Part shown: one piece after another, positions 1 to 12,188 of the stretch
Layout of the letters: every line of letters starts with the position of its first letter
Numbering within the stretch: the first letter of the stretch is position 1
Assembly (NCBI GenBank): GCA_039621445.1
Contig: CP154954.1
Span: forward strand, 13,448,716-13,512,715
Direction: 5' to 3'
DNA length: 64,000 nt
Source: Euglena gracilis
Lineage: Eukaryota
Program-made: the position numbers and the translations under genes
Notes under the pieces: model-generated
Seen by the model: the letters and a program-made list of their open reading frames with translations, nothing else
Told to the model about the DNA's origin: nothing
Databases searched by the model: none

Positions 1-1140
1 GCCCAATTTCCTCCAGTGAACCTGCGAAATTTTCTTTGGCATTTTGCACGGTTCCTTGGAATGTTCCAAGTCACCTGTTCAAAAGGTGTATTGATCATTC
101 AGCATGTGATTTTTTAACGTTCAAATCCAAACTTTTTGAATTTTGGATTTGGAGAAACCAATTTTTGGGTTTGGTGTGGAATTTCCCTGAAGAATGGCTT
201 TGTGAGATTTTCTTCATCCAGAAATTTCCTGGCCGTTTTAAGGGGGCGTCCAGGATTTTCCCCGCATTTTGAGGATTCCCCACAAAAAATTTTCCATCTG
301 CAATTGTTGCTGATCAGATCCCGCCATTTCAAGGACATTTTGTCCCTCTCCCTTGGATGTCACGTTGGGTCAACTGACTTTTTCTGTTGGAAAGTCCACT
401 GGGAGGCCTCCACGGCAAGTTGTTACTCACCCTCCCTTCCTAAAAATGAAATGAACCCCCTTATAGCACCAAAAAACCCTGCCTCCTGGGGGGTCAAAAT
501 ACCCCCCCCCCCACTCCGCCTGTCCATACTGGGGGGCTGGGCGACCGTTGCCAATTGTCCAACGAACAAGGGGCGTCCAGACTGTGTAGATTGTCTCCTT
601 TCACAGCAAATGGATGATTATTTCCTCGTCCAATGACCGGGCTTGTCCAAGAAATCCCCCCCTGGTCAGATGCGACCTGTGATGTTTGTCCCTAAGTAAT
701 GGAGGAATTGTGGTTTAATTTCGCTTTTTTTTGTATTTGCAAGTTTCAGAGAAGCTTTTTTTTTGCAGCCTGTTGGAAAAACCATAAACTGGCTGAAATG
801 CCAAAATGACCCCCCCCAAAAAATGGCCAATGCCCCCGCAATGGCTCCCAAAATGATTCAAATTGGTGTACCCCCTGTCTGCTGACCACCCCGTCAGGCT
901 TTTTGTCAGGCTGTATGACATCGAAATCTCATTCCTGCCTTCCTGCTGATGGAAGATGTCACAGGGTTGAATAATACATTTCAGGGGAACGTGGCAGATG
1001 ACACCCAATCATATGTCTATCCAGCAAAAGATCATGTCAGGGAAAGGTCCCAATGGGGATAAATCCCCTATACATCGACACCTCCTGGTCGGAGGATGAA
1101 GGTTGCAGGTGGTTTTGAATATTCGGTTTTTTTTTTGCAC

Positions 1141-1580
1141 CTAACCCCCCCCCCAAAATAAGACCCGGGTCTTATTTTTGGGTCCGTTGCTGGAAACCTC
1201 CAGGGGGGGGTCTTATTTTTGGGGGGGGTCTTATTTTTGGATTTTTTCTTGACCGACCCGGGACGAAAAAAACATCATTTTTCAGGTTCCCAAAAACACT
1301 AAAAATTTTCCTTCGGCGCTTCGCGCCATGTGTAAATTTGTGTAAGTGGACATTTAGCATGTTTTTTGCACTTCATGAATCTGATTTTTTTTGAAATTTA
1401 ATCATTTTTTTGTGTGCATTTTGGGTTTTTGGCAATTTCTCAGGGAAAATTTTCACCGTCCCCGGCGCTTCGCGCCTTCAGGGGGGGGGTCTTATTTTTG
1501 GGGGGGGCGTCTTATTTGGGGGGGGTTTTAGGGGGGGGGGGGGTAAGGGGGGGAGAGCTTATTTTTGGGGGGGGGGGGGG
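1141..1580. repeat. MITE-like element with reiterated GGGGTCTTATTTT motifs
   Basis: AAAATAAGACCC / GGGTCTTATTTT inverted and tandem motifs. A related copy lies at ~9100-9500 (GGGTCT..TTTTTGGGTCCGT.GCTG). Confidence 0.6.
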
Positions 1581-2215
1581 GGGTGGGTCTGGGGTAAGAA
1601 AGCAGGGGAGGTAATGGTGGGGTTTAGGTTTAGTCGTGCAACCACTCCCTGGTTCGGGGTTGTTGGACACCTTTGGGGGGGGGGGTCAATGGGGAGGGGG
1701 CTGGTAAAGTGAGGTTGCGACAAACAGCCGAAAGTTGCTCAAATTTGGCCAAAAAATGACCAATAATAGTCGAAATGGCCAAAAAAATGGCCGACAGTGG
1801 CCAAAAATGGCCAGAAGTGGTCAAAGGATGCCAATTGTGCAAAAAAAAAAAGGGGCTAAAAACAGCCAAAATGGTCTTGATTCCCTATTTGTGGCCAACT
1901 TTTTGCCAACATGGGGTTCCCCTATTGTCTAACAACCCCCTCCACCCCCTGGTTGGAGACAAACGTTGGCTGTTTTAGCACCCCCCCCCCAGTCGGAGAC
2001 GATCATTTGGTGTCATTGAATCATGAAATGGGGGGAGGTTGCGAACCCCATGCTTAATGAACGTCTAATGCTTAATGCTTAATGAACCCCATACTTAATG
2101 AACTGTCCGGACCAATCCCTCGGGGGGGGGGGGTTGGTCAGACTCAGCTTGGACCGCGTGCATAACAGCCGAAGACCCCCTCCTCCAGGGGGTTGTGGAA
2201 AAGAAGGCTGCTGTG

Positions 2216-2257
2216 GGCGTTTGGGAAGTTCGTGCCCCAGGCGGTGGTGAAGGTGCT
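2216..2257 (+). CDS. Adenylyl cyclase exon 1 (first recognisable in window; gene starts upstream): AFGKFVPQAVVKV(L)
   Basis: Typical 'FGKFVP..VV..L' segment preceding class III cyclase domains. Preceded by CTG at -8..-6 and followed by intron start GGGCAGCCCCGG. The 5' boundary is uncertain by a few nt. Confidence 0.8.
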
Positions 2258-2690
2258 GGGCAGCCCCGGCCCGTGATGTGCCAAATTGGGGCATTGCGTC
2301 TTGCACAAACCCTGATGGATCCTGAATGGCATCTGGGAAATGAGGTTTCTCTCTGGAATCCCTTTCTGGAGTGACAAAAGGGACCAGCGGAAAAAACAGC
2401 CAAATCCACCTGAGATGCCAGATTTGTCCCATCCCAGTCTCAGGATGTGACACGTCACGTGACACCCCAAATGACATGGGGCCAACACCTGCAACCAAAA
2501 AGAAAACCTTGAAAAATTGGCTGCTTGAGCACAAGGAGAAAAACCCAGGCATCACAGCTGGGCGTCTCCGATTGCAATGCCAAGGCACTGGGGCATTTCA
2601 AACCAACCACAGCAACCGGTGACCCTTGACATGTACATCGAATGTGCGGCTTCTTTGTCGAGTCACCTCTTTTGACCGGCGGCTGATTCT

Positions 2691-2730
2691 GATTGCTGGC
2701 CAAATGAAAGCCAACGATGAGATGCACCCC
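2691..2730 (+). CDS. Adenylyl cyclase exon 2: (L)IAGQMKANDEMHP
   Basis: 40 nt that restore the frame between exons 1 and 3. Upstream CCGGCGGCTG-ATTCT pairs with CAGCCCCGG at the intron 1 start. Followed by AAGCAGGC. Confidence 0.8.
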
Positions 2731-3090
2731 AAGCAGGCCGCTGTTCATTGTTCCTGAGGTCTAATCTGCAATCCTAAAGGTTTCGTCTCTCATCCGGAAA
2801 CCGAAGATATGGGCCGTCAGTGGTAATCCGTTTAATCATAAATTTGCGCCAAAGTGAGCCCGCTGAACTCCTGATCTGCTGAACTTCCCCGTTTTTTTTT
2901 CATCGGCCCCCTGGCTGTGGGTTGCAGATGCCTTTGGCGTCACTGTTGAGCTGTTTGGAATCAGTTCCACCTGTGGTTGCAGCCTGCCAGAGGGGACATG
3001 GGATGGTTTTCCTGAGGTCGCAACCAAACACGTGAGTTTAAAGCCCCACCACCATGGAGATGGTGGTGGGGCAATCAGTTGCCTGCCACT

Positions 3091-3204
3091 GAAACGCTGA
3101 CCATCATGTTTGCGGACATTGAGGGCTTCTCCACCATCTGTGAGAATGAGACCCCCGCCGCGCTGGTCGCCGTGTGCACGGAGTACTTCGAGGCCATGTG
3201 CAGC
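3091..3204 (+). CDS. Adenylyl cyclase exon 3: ETLTIMFADIEGFSTICENETPAALVAVCTEYFEAMCS
   Basis: FADIEGFS motif with the first metal-binding Asp. Preceded by GCCTG-CCACT, which pairs with CAGGC. Confidence 0.93.
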
Positions 3205-4119
3205 GCACCGAGTCTCCTGCAGACAAACCCCAGAACACCCCCCCCCCAACGACAGGAAGTTTTGGAAACTTTCAAACACACACTAAGCGAAGGAAAATAT
3301 GGCTCAAATCACCGAAGGTTTTCAGGAACTGGGAAATGATGTGTCTTTATGTCGGTCCTCCCTCAATGAAGAATCTTGAAAGTGGGGTATGTTCCCACCC
3401 ATATGTGTTTCATTTCGGCTCTTTGGCTTTTTTGCCATTTTTCTCACATTTGGCTTGCAAAACGGCTTTTTTTCGCCATTTTCGCCAATGGCCCGACCGC
3501 TCTCAATGGCGAAACGGCTTTTTTGCTGTTTTGCCAACGGCTAAACGGCTTTTTCGCCGTTTTGCCAACGGCGAAACGAAAAGCCATTTTGAAACAAGTC
3601 GGCTTCTGATGGGTGGGAACATACCCTCTAAAATAAGGAACGGTCTTGTTCCCAGGGAAGGTCTCAACCCCAGGGGGATGTGGGTCGTGAGAGAGCAACC
3701 CCCCCCCCCTTCGATGCGGAAGGTTCTAGGGGCCCAAAAATGGCCCAAGCTGGGACTCAAATTCCCCCCCTGGTTGTGTCCCTGCTATGAGCTAGCACCC
3801 CACACAGCGATGTTCTAAGTTTGTTGACCTGGGGGGGGGCGCCCCCCTCCTGCTGGGGTTTAGTCGAGGGGGTATCCTCCTCTAGCGGTTCTCCTCTAAT
3901 TTCGGTCTGAAAGCTTTTTGAAAACTTTTTCGACCAAATTTGACCCCCGAGCCCCCCCCCCCCCCCCCGGGGGGGCCCCTCCGGGGGGGGGGGGGGGTTG
4001 CCGACCTCCCCCTCCAGATCCTGAAGAACCTCTGAAAACCTTCTAGCACGAGGCACAATCTCCCCGGGGCTTGTTAAAAGGAGCCTGCTGGAACGTCCTC
4101 TGTATGGGTCTCGGACCCC

Positions 4120-4170
4120 AATATTGTGGAACGAAATGGCACCATCGACAAGTTCATCGGTGACTGCATT
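4120..4170 (+). CDS. Adenylyl cyclase exon 4: NIVERNGTIDKFIGDCI
   Basis: GTIDKFIGD motif (ATP-specifying Lys and second Asp). Upstream CTCGG pairs with CCGAG at the intron start. Confidence 0.93.
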
Positions 4171-4875
4171 GAAAGCCCCACGGTCGGCGGTTCGGTCAAC
4201 CCCCCCCCTTCGATCCAACTGCTCCGCTTTTGACTACTCGGTTGGTGGTGTGCCTCCGAGGCAAGTGCGGAAAAGGCACTTCCTGACAGTTTTTGCACAT
4301 TACCGTCCAGATTTCCTTTTTTTAATAAACAATCTAATGTAATGGATATGTGCATGTATTTAGGAACACACACCGCATATGTATATATATATATAATATG
4401 CACATGCATAGGATATGTGCATGTGTGTGTCCATATGTATTGGCAGGTGCACCTTTTGATTCCCTCCCCCTTGGGGGTATCAAAGTGCACACTTGGTTGG
4501 CCACGGATGCCCTGGGGATAATGAGGGTTAGGCTAATTATCGGCCTAATTATAGGTTAGTTTGGGCATAATGCAAGGCCTATTTTTTTTTTTAGGATTTC
4601 GGCCTAACTGTAGCCTAAAACCCTAACCCTAACCACTCCCAAACCCCAACCCCAATTGCTTTTTATGGGATAATCTGGAACTCGCTTCCTCACATCCAAA
4701 ATTATCAAATTTCCACCGTCGGAAGATCGAAGTTGGTGGAGAAAACGGCCAAAATCAAGGGGCCGGTCCCACTTGTATGACGCGGGAGGGTAAAAAAACC
4801 CTCACCTCATACTGGTGGGACCCCCCACCAGTCGGGCCCAACTAATATGGGGTCGCCATGCATGCATGCATGTGA

Positions 4876-4877
<2 letters not shown>

Positions 4878-4906
<29 letters not shown>

Positions 4907-5020
4907 TGTATGTATGTATGTATGTATGTATGTATGTATGTATGTATGTATGTATGTATGTATGTATGTATGTATGTATGTATGTATGTATGTATGTATG
5001 TATGAATGAATGTATGTATG
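4878..5020. repeat. (TATG)n microsatellite in cyclase intron
   Basis: Near-perfect tetranucleotide run; explains the spurious MYVC/HTYI ORFs. Confidence 0.97.
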
Positions 5021-5202
5021 TGTGTATATGTGTGTATGCATATCCTCACGACTGTTTGAACAAGGTTGTGCACGTGTCCTCGCTTTACATAAATATAAAT
5101 AATAATACTGTACATACTTATGTATTTGTACCAGATTCTTCTCCTCATAAACCACCCAGTCCACCACCTGTTTCTGTCGATTCCCACCCGTGGGGCTGCG
5201 CC

Positions 5203-5280
5203 ATGGCGATGTGGAACGCGCCGGAGAGGCTGCCCGGACACGAGAGGGACGCTGTGGCCGCGTCGCTGGCGATGCAGGAC
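5203..5280 (+). CDS. Adenylyl cyclase exon 5: MAMWNAPERLPGHERDAVAASLAMQD
   Basis: MAxWNAP...H...A..A.L.MQ cyclase motif. Upstream CCGTGGGGCT is a perfect complement of AGCCCCACGG (4174-4183). Confidence 0.92.
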
Positions 5281-6065
5281 GCCCAGGGCTCAGACATAAC
5301 CAAGCCCCCCCCCCCCCCCGGAAAAGGTCTCGTTTTGGGGACTGTCACCGGCTGACGGGTTATGTTGGACAGATTTTGCCACTAGAGGTCCTCTGTCAAG
5401 CTGTTCTCTCGGCTTTTATGACAACGTCTGATGGGGGGGGGGTTGGCATGCATCCTTCAGTTAGACCCCACGCTCCATACATGGCAAGATTCATGTTATT
5501 TTTTTGGTCTGTGATCCCATTGAAATTTCTTTTCTGCACCATCTGGGCGGAAATCATTTCTCTGTTGGTGAGCGAACACAAAAGAAGTAAGTTTGCACCC
5601 AGAGTTAAGCTCACCATCCAGTTTGGTTTGCACCAGAATTCCGATCCCAAATTCTCGATGGAAGTCATCATCAGGGATAGGACCAAAAAATTATGGGTTC
5701 GAAATTCTCGAACTTTTCGTACCTTTTTTCTCAACACCGCCACTGCCCAGCCCATCCCCTGATTCTGAAGGGAAACTCCCCCAGATTTAAGCACCCGTTG
5801 AATGAATTTGGGTTTCAGCCGATCTGCCCAAGGGGTGGCCTAAATTTGGTGGCTGCTTCCATTTTGGGTTGAATGGATAGTCAATGGATAGTCAATTTCA
5901 ATGGTTCTTGGCAAGATATGAACCGACACCGTCCAAATCCGAAATTGGATGTGTGGCAGCCAAAACCATCCCCCCAACGGAGATGGCATTATTGGCAGAG
6001 GGTCCCAAAAAAGAAACACACATGTGGAAGCTCTTGGTCCTCTTCCAAGCTCAGGTCCTGTCGCT

Positions 6066-6106
6066 TGTGTCATGGGCCTCCGCCAGTTATGGCGGTCCCG
6101 GGGGCT
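6066..6106 (+). CDS. Adenylyl cyclase exon 6: CVMGLRQLWRSRG(L)
   Basis: Fits the expected 'L...W...GLP' linker and keeps the frame. CTG at -8..-6; GTCCTG pairs with CAGGGC. Confidence 0.8.
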
Positions 6107-6208
6107 GCCCAGACCTCTCCTTCGCGCATGTCGGCAAAAAATGCAATTTTTTCCAAAAATATTTGCAAATTGGGGGCCTTGACCCGCACTAAGGAGAGGC
6201 CTGGGACT

Positions 6209-6266
6209 GCCAGTGCTGAAGTTCCGCGCGGGCATCCACACCGGCCAATGTCTCGTGGGCAACTTC
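6209..6266 (+). CDS. Adenylyl cyclase exon 7: (L)PVLKFRAGIHTGQCLVGNF
   Basis: RxGIHTG..LVGNFG motif. Preceded by CTG at -8..-6 and followed by GGCCAG. Confidence 0.93.
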
Positions 6267-7590
6267 GGCCAGTGCCGAGTCCACGTATCTGTGGATACCT
6301 TTTTTTGCCGCTTCTTGGATTTCATAACATGCTTCTCTCAAGAGGAGTATGCAAATACAGGTGAGAATTCATTTTGGTGGTTGCTGACCCTTCCCAGGTT
6401 GTTTTGGTTTTCTCCCATAACAGGTTTTCCTTGAACATTGAGAAGGCACCACAGACGGAAATTTTTCCTTCAAACATTGGTTTTTCTCAAGTTTTGATTT
6501 TTTCTGGCTCCAAATCCACCCTCTTTTCTTCATGGTTGCGAAAACACCCGGGGGGGGGTTCTATTTTTTTCCTTGAAACACAAAAGAGAATCCGGAGAAT
6601 GAGGAACGCCCTGGAATGTTCAGAACAAAAGTTATGTTTATGACCACAGATAATGCACAAGGCGCAGCTAGAATGACGCTATCCACAGTGAATTTCGAAG
6701 CTTTGAAGGACATTTAGAAGAATTTTTCCAGAGCTCCTCATCAAATATGCCAAATTCTGAAGTTGGGAAGGTTTTTGCGGGGGCATCTGATTCGCACCTC
6801 ATTGCAGAAGCCCAGGTCATGTTGCTGGCTGCAGGGGGGTGCATTTCGCATTTTTTCCTGCATTTTTTGGGGCTTTTTTTGCGCATTTCCCCCCAAATTT
6901 TCCACAAATGGGCACTTTTTTTTATTTTTTTCGACACAATTTTTTTTTGCTTTTTTTTGCCATTTTTTCGTGATTTCCCCAATTTTTCGAATCTTTGACC
7001 ATTTTTGCAATTCTTTGCATTTTCTTGAGATTTTCGAATTTTTTTGAACCTGACTTTTGCTGCCGACTGGCGGGGGGGGGGGGACCTTGCCGACGTCGAA
7101 GAAAATGTGCAAAAAGAATGCACAAAAATGTGGCACTTTGTGTGCAAAACCTAGAGAAAAGGCACAAACATCAAGAAATGTGAAAAATACCCAAAAGCGT
7201 GCAAAAATGGCACCAAATTGACAGAAATGATATTGGAATTGTGATTGACCGCCCCCCCCCAACCCCCCAAATACTCCCCTCTTGCTTCAGAAGACCTCTG
7301 GCCAGGCAGGTTGGCAAGTGGAATGGGAGGAGTTATCGAAAAGAGTTGTCATCTGACAATCACAGGCAAACAAAAAAACAAAGAGCCCCATTGTCTAGGC
7401 CCCTGGCATTTCAGTCAATTCAACAACTGTAGTAGTATCCTGCTCCGCTTGCTCTCAGGAACCCCATTTTCCTGAGCAACCTTCCCAGGCAAAGAAGTTG
7501 TATTTCTGTCCGATATTCTGGTGCGTGCTTCTCGTCCTCTTCCCCCCATTCTCCGTTGTCCCGGGGAGGTGGGCTCGGTCGCTGGGGGCT

Positions 7591-7635
7591 GGCTGCAGCT
7601 ACCGTGTCAGCTACACCTGCCTGGGGGACGGGGTG
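7591..7635 (+). CDS. Adenylyl cyclase exon 8: GCSYRVSYTCLGDGV
   Basis: R.SYT..GD.V motif. Upstream GTGGGCTCGGTCGCTG pairs with CAGTGCCGAGTCCAC. Boundaries +/-1-2 nt. Confidence 0.88.
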
Positions 7636-8615
7636 GGCCAGCCCCCTCCCGATTGGCATGCTGCCCATGTGGACATTGGGCCGTTGCAGTCGTTGGTCTA
7701 GTTTGCCCTTCCCCCTGGGATCTGCAGAAGCACACTCCCCGAACGACTGTTTTGCATGTTGTTGTTTTTAATGTTTCACCCCTGTTTCAGCAGAATTGGG
7801 GGTTTGGGGGGTTTGTCTTATTTTGAAAAATTTGGCCATACTCCCCCCTGCCCCAGGGTTGGGATCCCTGAAACCTCATGGGTGGTGGGAGGGTGTGTCG
7901 ATCTCCTCATCCTGGTCGGGGGGGGGGGCATCACCCCTTCACCCCTTCCTTCACCCCTTCCCATCTCACAAATGCCGATTTTGAGGCACCATTGGCACCG
8001 AAGGAATTTTGTTTGACTGCCATGGTCAGTTGGAGTCCTCCCGACCATTCTCCCCACACCCCAGGTCCCACACCCAGGTGCTGCGCACCAGGCCTTCTGA
8101 ACACTGCCCCATTTTGAGTGCCTCCAAATGATTCACCAGGGGGTTGAGGTTCTTCAAGTCGTCACGGGGTGTTGACCATGGTATTGCATGCAAACCATGA
8201 TCTGCAATTCAGCTCACTCACAGGGTTTCTTTGAGGGTTTTTTTTTGTGGGTGTTCGAAAATGTATTTTGTTTATTCCCACCGTTTCTTCATTTAGCCCG
8301 TGTGACCCCACCTCTGAGGGGGTTTGAGAGTGGGTGGGTTGGGGTTGAGCTGCTCCCTGGGGGCGGGATGCACTTTGAGTCAGCCCAACTGGGCCGGGGC
8401 TGGGTTGGCAATACATATTTTGAGGGGTTTTGGCAGATCTGGCATGGTTTTGGGCTGGGTGAGTGGGTGGGTGCCCCCCCCCCCCTGCAGGGGGGGAGGG
8501 GGAGGCCCTGCAAAAGGTGCCCACCCCCTCCCCAGGGGGTCACCGAGTGAATCCATGTTCCTACCAAGAAGCTTCTCTTGTGATGGATGGGGTGCGGGAG
8601 GGGCGCTGCCGGCCC

Positions 8616-8750
8616 AACCTGTCAGCGCGGCTGGAGCCGCTCAACAAGAAGTTCGGGACGTTCCTCTGCGTGTCCCACGCCACGTTCGAGGCCTGCCGGG
8701 GGGACTTCCACTTCAGGCGGCTGGCGAAGGTGACGGTGCCCGGCAAGGCC
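8616..8750 (+). CDS. Adenylyl cyclase exon 9: NLSARLEPLNKKFGTFLCVSHATFEACRGDFHFRRLAKVTVPGKA
   Basis: N.xARLE transition-state motif and V.V.GK motif. Followed by GCCCAGGGTG. Confidence 0.93.
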
Positions 8751-9499
8751 GCCCAGGGTGCGGGGCTTCCGGAACGCACTGGCGGACCTGCTCTTCTGCT
8801 GTCTTGTGGAGGCACCAGAACTGCATGACAGAGGAATTGTATTGAACCCCCCTGGGGTGTGCGCTTGTGCGTGGGTCAAAAGTGGCTGTTTCTGGCTGCC
8901 CATGCCCCCCCCCCCCCGGAACATCAAGGGCTGTGGAATCATGCAGGTATGGGCCGATGTGAAGCCCATGGCAAAGAAACTGTGATGAAATGGTAAAGAG
9001 AACAGAAAAAAATGTAAAGCCACCAGGGGGGACCCAGCCAGGACTCCAACACAACACTGATGTGTCGTGTCATTGGTCAGGCACATCCCGCAACCCCCCC
9101 CCCCCGGGTCTACTTTTTGGGTCCGTCGCTGAAAAGCGCGCGGGGGGGGGGGGGTAATTCTTTGGCTTGGGGGTCCACTTTTTGCTGAAAAATTCGACCA
9201 AAATTTTTTTCCCGCGAGAGGGTCCTAAAACAGGTCTAAAAAGGGTGATTTTCGGCATCGAGTGTAAAAAAAAAATTGCCAATTTTGACACACAACACGG
9301 ACAAAAATAAAAAAAATGCCAGAAATCACCCATTTTGGGGAGATTTTTGGGTTTATTTTTTGGTTTTTTCCCGCCAAAACCCCAAGGGGGTCTTACTATT
9401 TGGGGGGGGTCTAGTTTTGGATTTTTGCTGAAAATTGGCAGGGGGTCTTGTTTTATGGTGGGGGTCTTATTTTTGGGGAGGGTCTTATTTTGGGGGGGT

Positions 9500-10406
9500 C
9501 GCTGAGCTCTTATCCCTTTATGGGTAAGAGCGAAGCTTACCCCTGGCAAACCCCCCCCCGGGTTGGGCCACCAGGAGAACCGACGGATTATCACCATGAT
9601 CCCGGCCCCGTTCCCGGATTTTTTTTTTCAGTTGCAAGCGACTGGATTTCTAGCTTCCGAATCACCTGGGTTTGACCCCCAACTCCCCGCCAGGCCCGAG
9701 TTATTCACGCGCGAAGGGGTCAAAACTGTGTAGAATCAGCCCCCCCCCCTTTTTAAGCCCTTTGGACTCTGCCATTTCGGCCAAAAAATGTCAATTTTCA
9801 AAATATCTCCAAAATGAAGCCAATCAAAGGAAATGTCCAGAGACCTAAATTGAAGCACGCCCTATCTACTGGTATTTTGATTTCCCCGCAACTCCCCGCC
9901 TAGCCCAAGATATGGCCGTTTTTCGGCCAATTTGGGCCATTTTGTACACTTTTTCCATTGTTCGACTTTGCCGTTTTCGGCCAAAAAAATCGGAAAAAAA
10001 ACGAACACAATCTAAATTTTTTTGCCTTTTTCAAATGTTTTTTGGCCTCCCGGACCCGGAAAAAATGTGTTTGAGCCGAAAATGAGCGTTTTTTCGCCCC
10101 GCCAGCGCCCCGTTTTTGGCCGCGAAACCCATTGAATTTGGGGCAAAAACGGGCAAAAAAAAGTCGAAAAAAAATCGAATTTTTTTTTGCCCAAAACCAT
10201 GTTTTTGGGCCTCCCGGACCCAGAAAACGTGTTTTTTTTTTTGAGCCAAAAATGAGCGTTGTTTGACCCCCTGGCCTCCAGTTTCGGGCACAAAACCCTT
10301 GCATTTCAGTCAAAAGAGCTCCATGGAGTGAGCTGTTTCATATGGGCGGGTCAATGAAGGGGTGGGGGCGCGCTCATGAAGAGCTCAGCACTATTCAAAA
10401 CCTGGT
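9500..10406 (+). mobile_element. Non-autonomous element, GGT-core family, copy A (~0.9 kb)
   Basis: Starts GGT|CGCTGAGCTCTT and ends AAGAGCTCAGCACTATTCAAAACCTGGT. Colinear with 26136-27948. Confidence 0.8.
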
Positions 10407-10544
10407 TTACACTCCCTGCCATTTGGGTGGACTGCATACTTTTTTTTTCTTCAAAAGATCGATTCAAGGCTGGTAGGGCGCATTTTCGTACGAACCCCAG
10501 TAGGGTTGGGCATTGGGGTGGGTTGTTCCCCCCACCCTAGCGTC

Positions 10545-10687
10545 GAGGTGCTGCCCGTCTACGAGGTGCTGTGTGCGGCGGAGTGCGCCGAGATGTGCAC
10601 CCCGAAGGGGGCTGGCCCCCCGGGGCTGCTCCCCCGCGATGGCGCCGTCCTGGAGGTGGACGACGCGTTGGACGTCCTGCCGGTGCC
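10545..10687 (+). CDS. Adenylyl cyclase exon 10: EVLPVYEVLCAAECAEMCTPKGAGPPGLLPRDGAVLEVDDALDVLPV(P)
   Basis: '..VYE' end of the cyclase domain; GC3-rich codons. Upstream CACCCT pairs with AGGGTG. Followed by GGCCAGCG. Confidence 0.85.
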
Positions 10688-10862
10688 GGCCAGCGATGCC
10701 CCCCCCCCCCCTCCACCCAACCCCCGTCTTACCCACCCCCCCATCAAAATCAAGGGATGATGTGGTACCCCTGAACAAACCAGGGCGTCCCTGAAGCCGA
10801 AGTGGACCCCATCCCCCCGGGGGGGGTCGTCCAGCAAGACAGCAGCCTTTTTCCAGCCAACT

Positions 10863-10977
10863 GCAGGGGGGATGTGTTTGCATTTTTGCGCATTTTGGCG
10901 CATTTTTTTGTGCATTTTTGTGCATTTTTTTTGTGCATTTTTGTGCATTTTTTTGTGCATTTTTTTGTGCATTTTTT

Positions 10978-11012
<35 letters not shown>

Positions 11013-11084
11013 GTGCATTTTTTGTGCATTTTTCGCATTTTTTGTGCATTTTTTTTCTCTGGTGCATCCCCCCCCCCCCCCTGC
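10863..11084. mobile_element. MITE-like element with GCAGGGGGGATG / CATCCCCC..CTGC ends and internal (TTTTTGTGCA)n
   Basis: Terminal inverted repeats around a tandem repeat. Similar sequences at ~6830-7200 and ~15030-15120. Confidence 0.6.
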
Positions 11085-11402
11085 CAATAGCCTTTCTCCA
11101 TCCTTGGACCCCTCCTCCCTCATCGACGACTTTTATTTTTCCAGCCGCCCGCCCGATGCGGGGGCTTTGTCCATGCAACCACAGTTCCCAGCCATGTGGG
11201 CAGGGGGAGAAATCTCTGAGCCTTCGCAAAGCGGTTGGGCCTTGGGGTGGTTTGTGGTGCGACACGACACTTCCCGACATGGACTGACGGAAAGCAATTC
11301 CCACCACTGTCCAGCTGCACACCGCACTCGGTCGTTGCCATCTCTGGCGATTCCCATGGTCTTCCCCCTGGGTTGTGTGGGTGGGCCTCCCTGCTGTGGC
11401 CC

Positions 11403-11526
11403 GGAGAGCATTCCTACATTCAAGTCGGCAGCGTCAGCATGGAGGAGGGGTCAGAGTCCTGCGGTCCTGTCCATGGCCCGGGAGAAGGCAATGTCTTGCT
11501 TTGCTTCTGTTCATACGTTGTGGCCA
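11403..11526 (+). CDS. Possible adenylyl cyclase exon 11: (P)ESIPTFKSAASAWRRGQSPAVLSMAREKAMSCFASVHTLWP
   Basis: Open, and it would correct the phase between exon 10 (ends phase 2) and exon 12 (starts phase 0). Flanked by CTG upstream and ATCCAGG downstream, but pairing is weak and there is no conserved motif. A direct exon 10-12 junction shifted by 1 nt is an alternative. Confidence 0.35.
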
Positions 11527-12188
11527 ATCCAGGACGTGCGATAGCTCGGGATAATTGCAAGTCTGGTCTGTGGCCCGCTCAAACGTCGCATTGTCCCCAC
11601 AGCCAAATGGCTGGGTGACCGCTTCCCAACGTCGCAAATTTGCAGAGATCTTCCTCGGGTGCAAGGTGAGGACGATACGTGCTGCCAAGTTCCTTGGTGG
11701 GAATCTGGATGTATTTTGACCGAAGCACACGACATTGCAAAAACTTTCTCACTCAGACTTCCACATTTAAGTGCATATGTGTTGTATATTATGAGTGACA
11801 TATATAATGCATGAAACAAGGAGTTTGTAAATTTTCTTTCAAACGTCCACTCACTGAGTTTTATCCTGACAGAACAACTCATGTGGAGAGTCATATGATT
11901 TCTGAAGATGTTCCCCTAGACAACTCCCTGAAACCAATTGGCGGTGGTGGTGCCCCCCATACCTGTCATGGGGGTCCCCCAAACCCCCCACCCCCTTTTT
12001 TCCCCCCGTTTTTTCCTCCCAGGGCACTTTTTAGGTGAAAGTTTCTTTGGCAACAAAGGAATTTTTCCTTGCTCGGCGACACCGTTTGTGGGGGTATTCG
12101 ACCCCACCCCTCCCGGGTGGGGGGGGGGGAACCCCCCACAGGCCTTCCCACACAGTCCTCAGACCTCTCTCATCCCCGGCCTGCCCCC

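Noticed and set aside
1481-1600. Abundant poly-G/poly-C runs as G-quadruplex elements
   Set aside because: They are ubiquitous across the window and mostly parts of repeat termini; run lengths may also include sequencing error.
4802-5241. ORFs with MYVC/HTYI repeats
   Set aside because: They are translations of a (TATG)n microsatellite.
6668-7262. K/C/F-rich ORFs here and at 9900-10313, 10464-11322 and 12931-13306
   Set aside because: They arise from A/T-run repeats inside non-autonomous elements and show no domain motifs.
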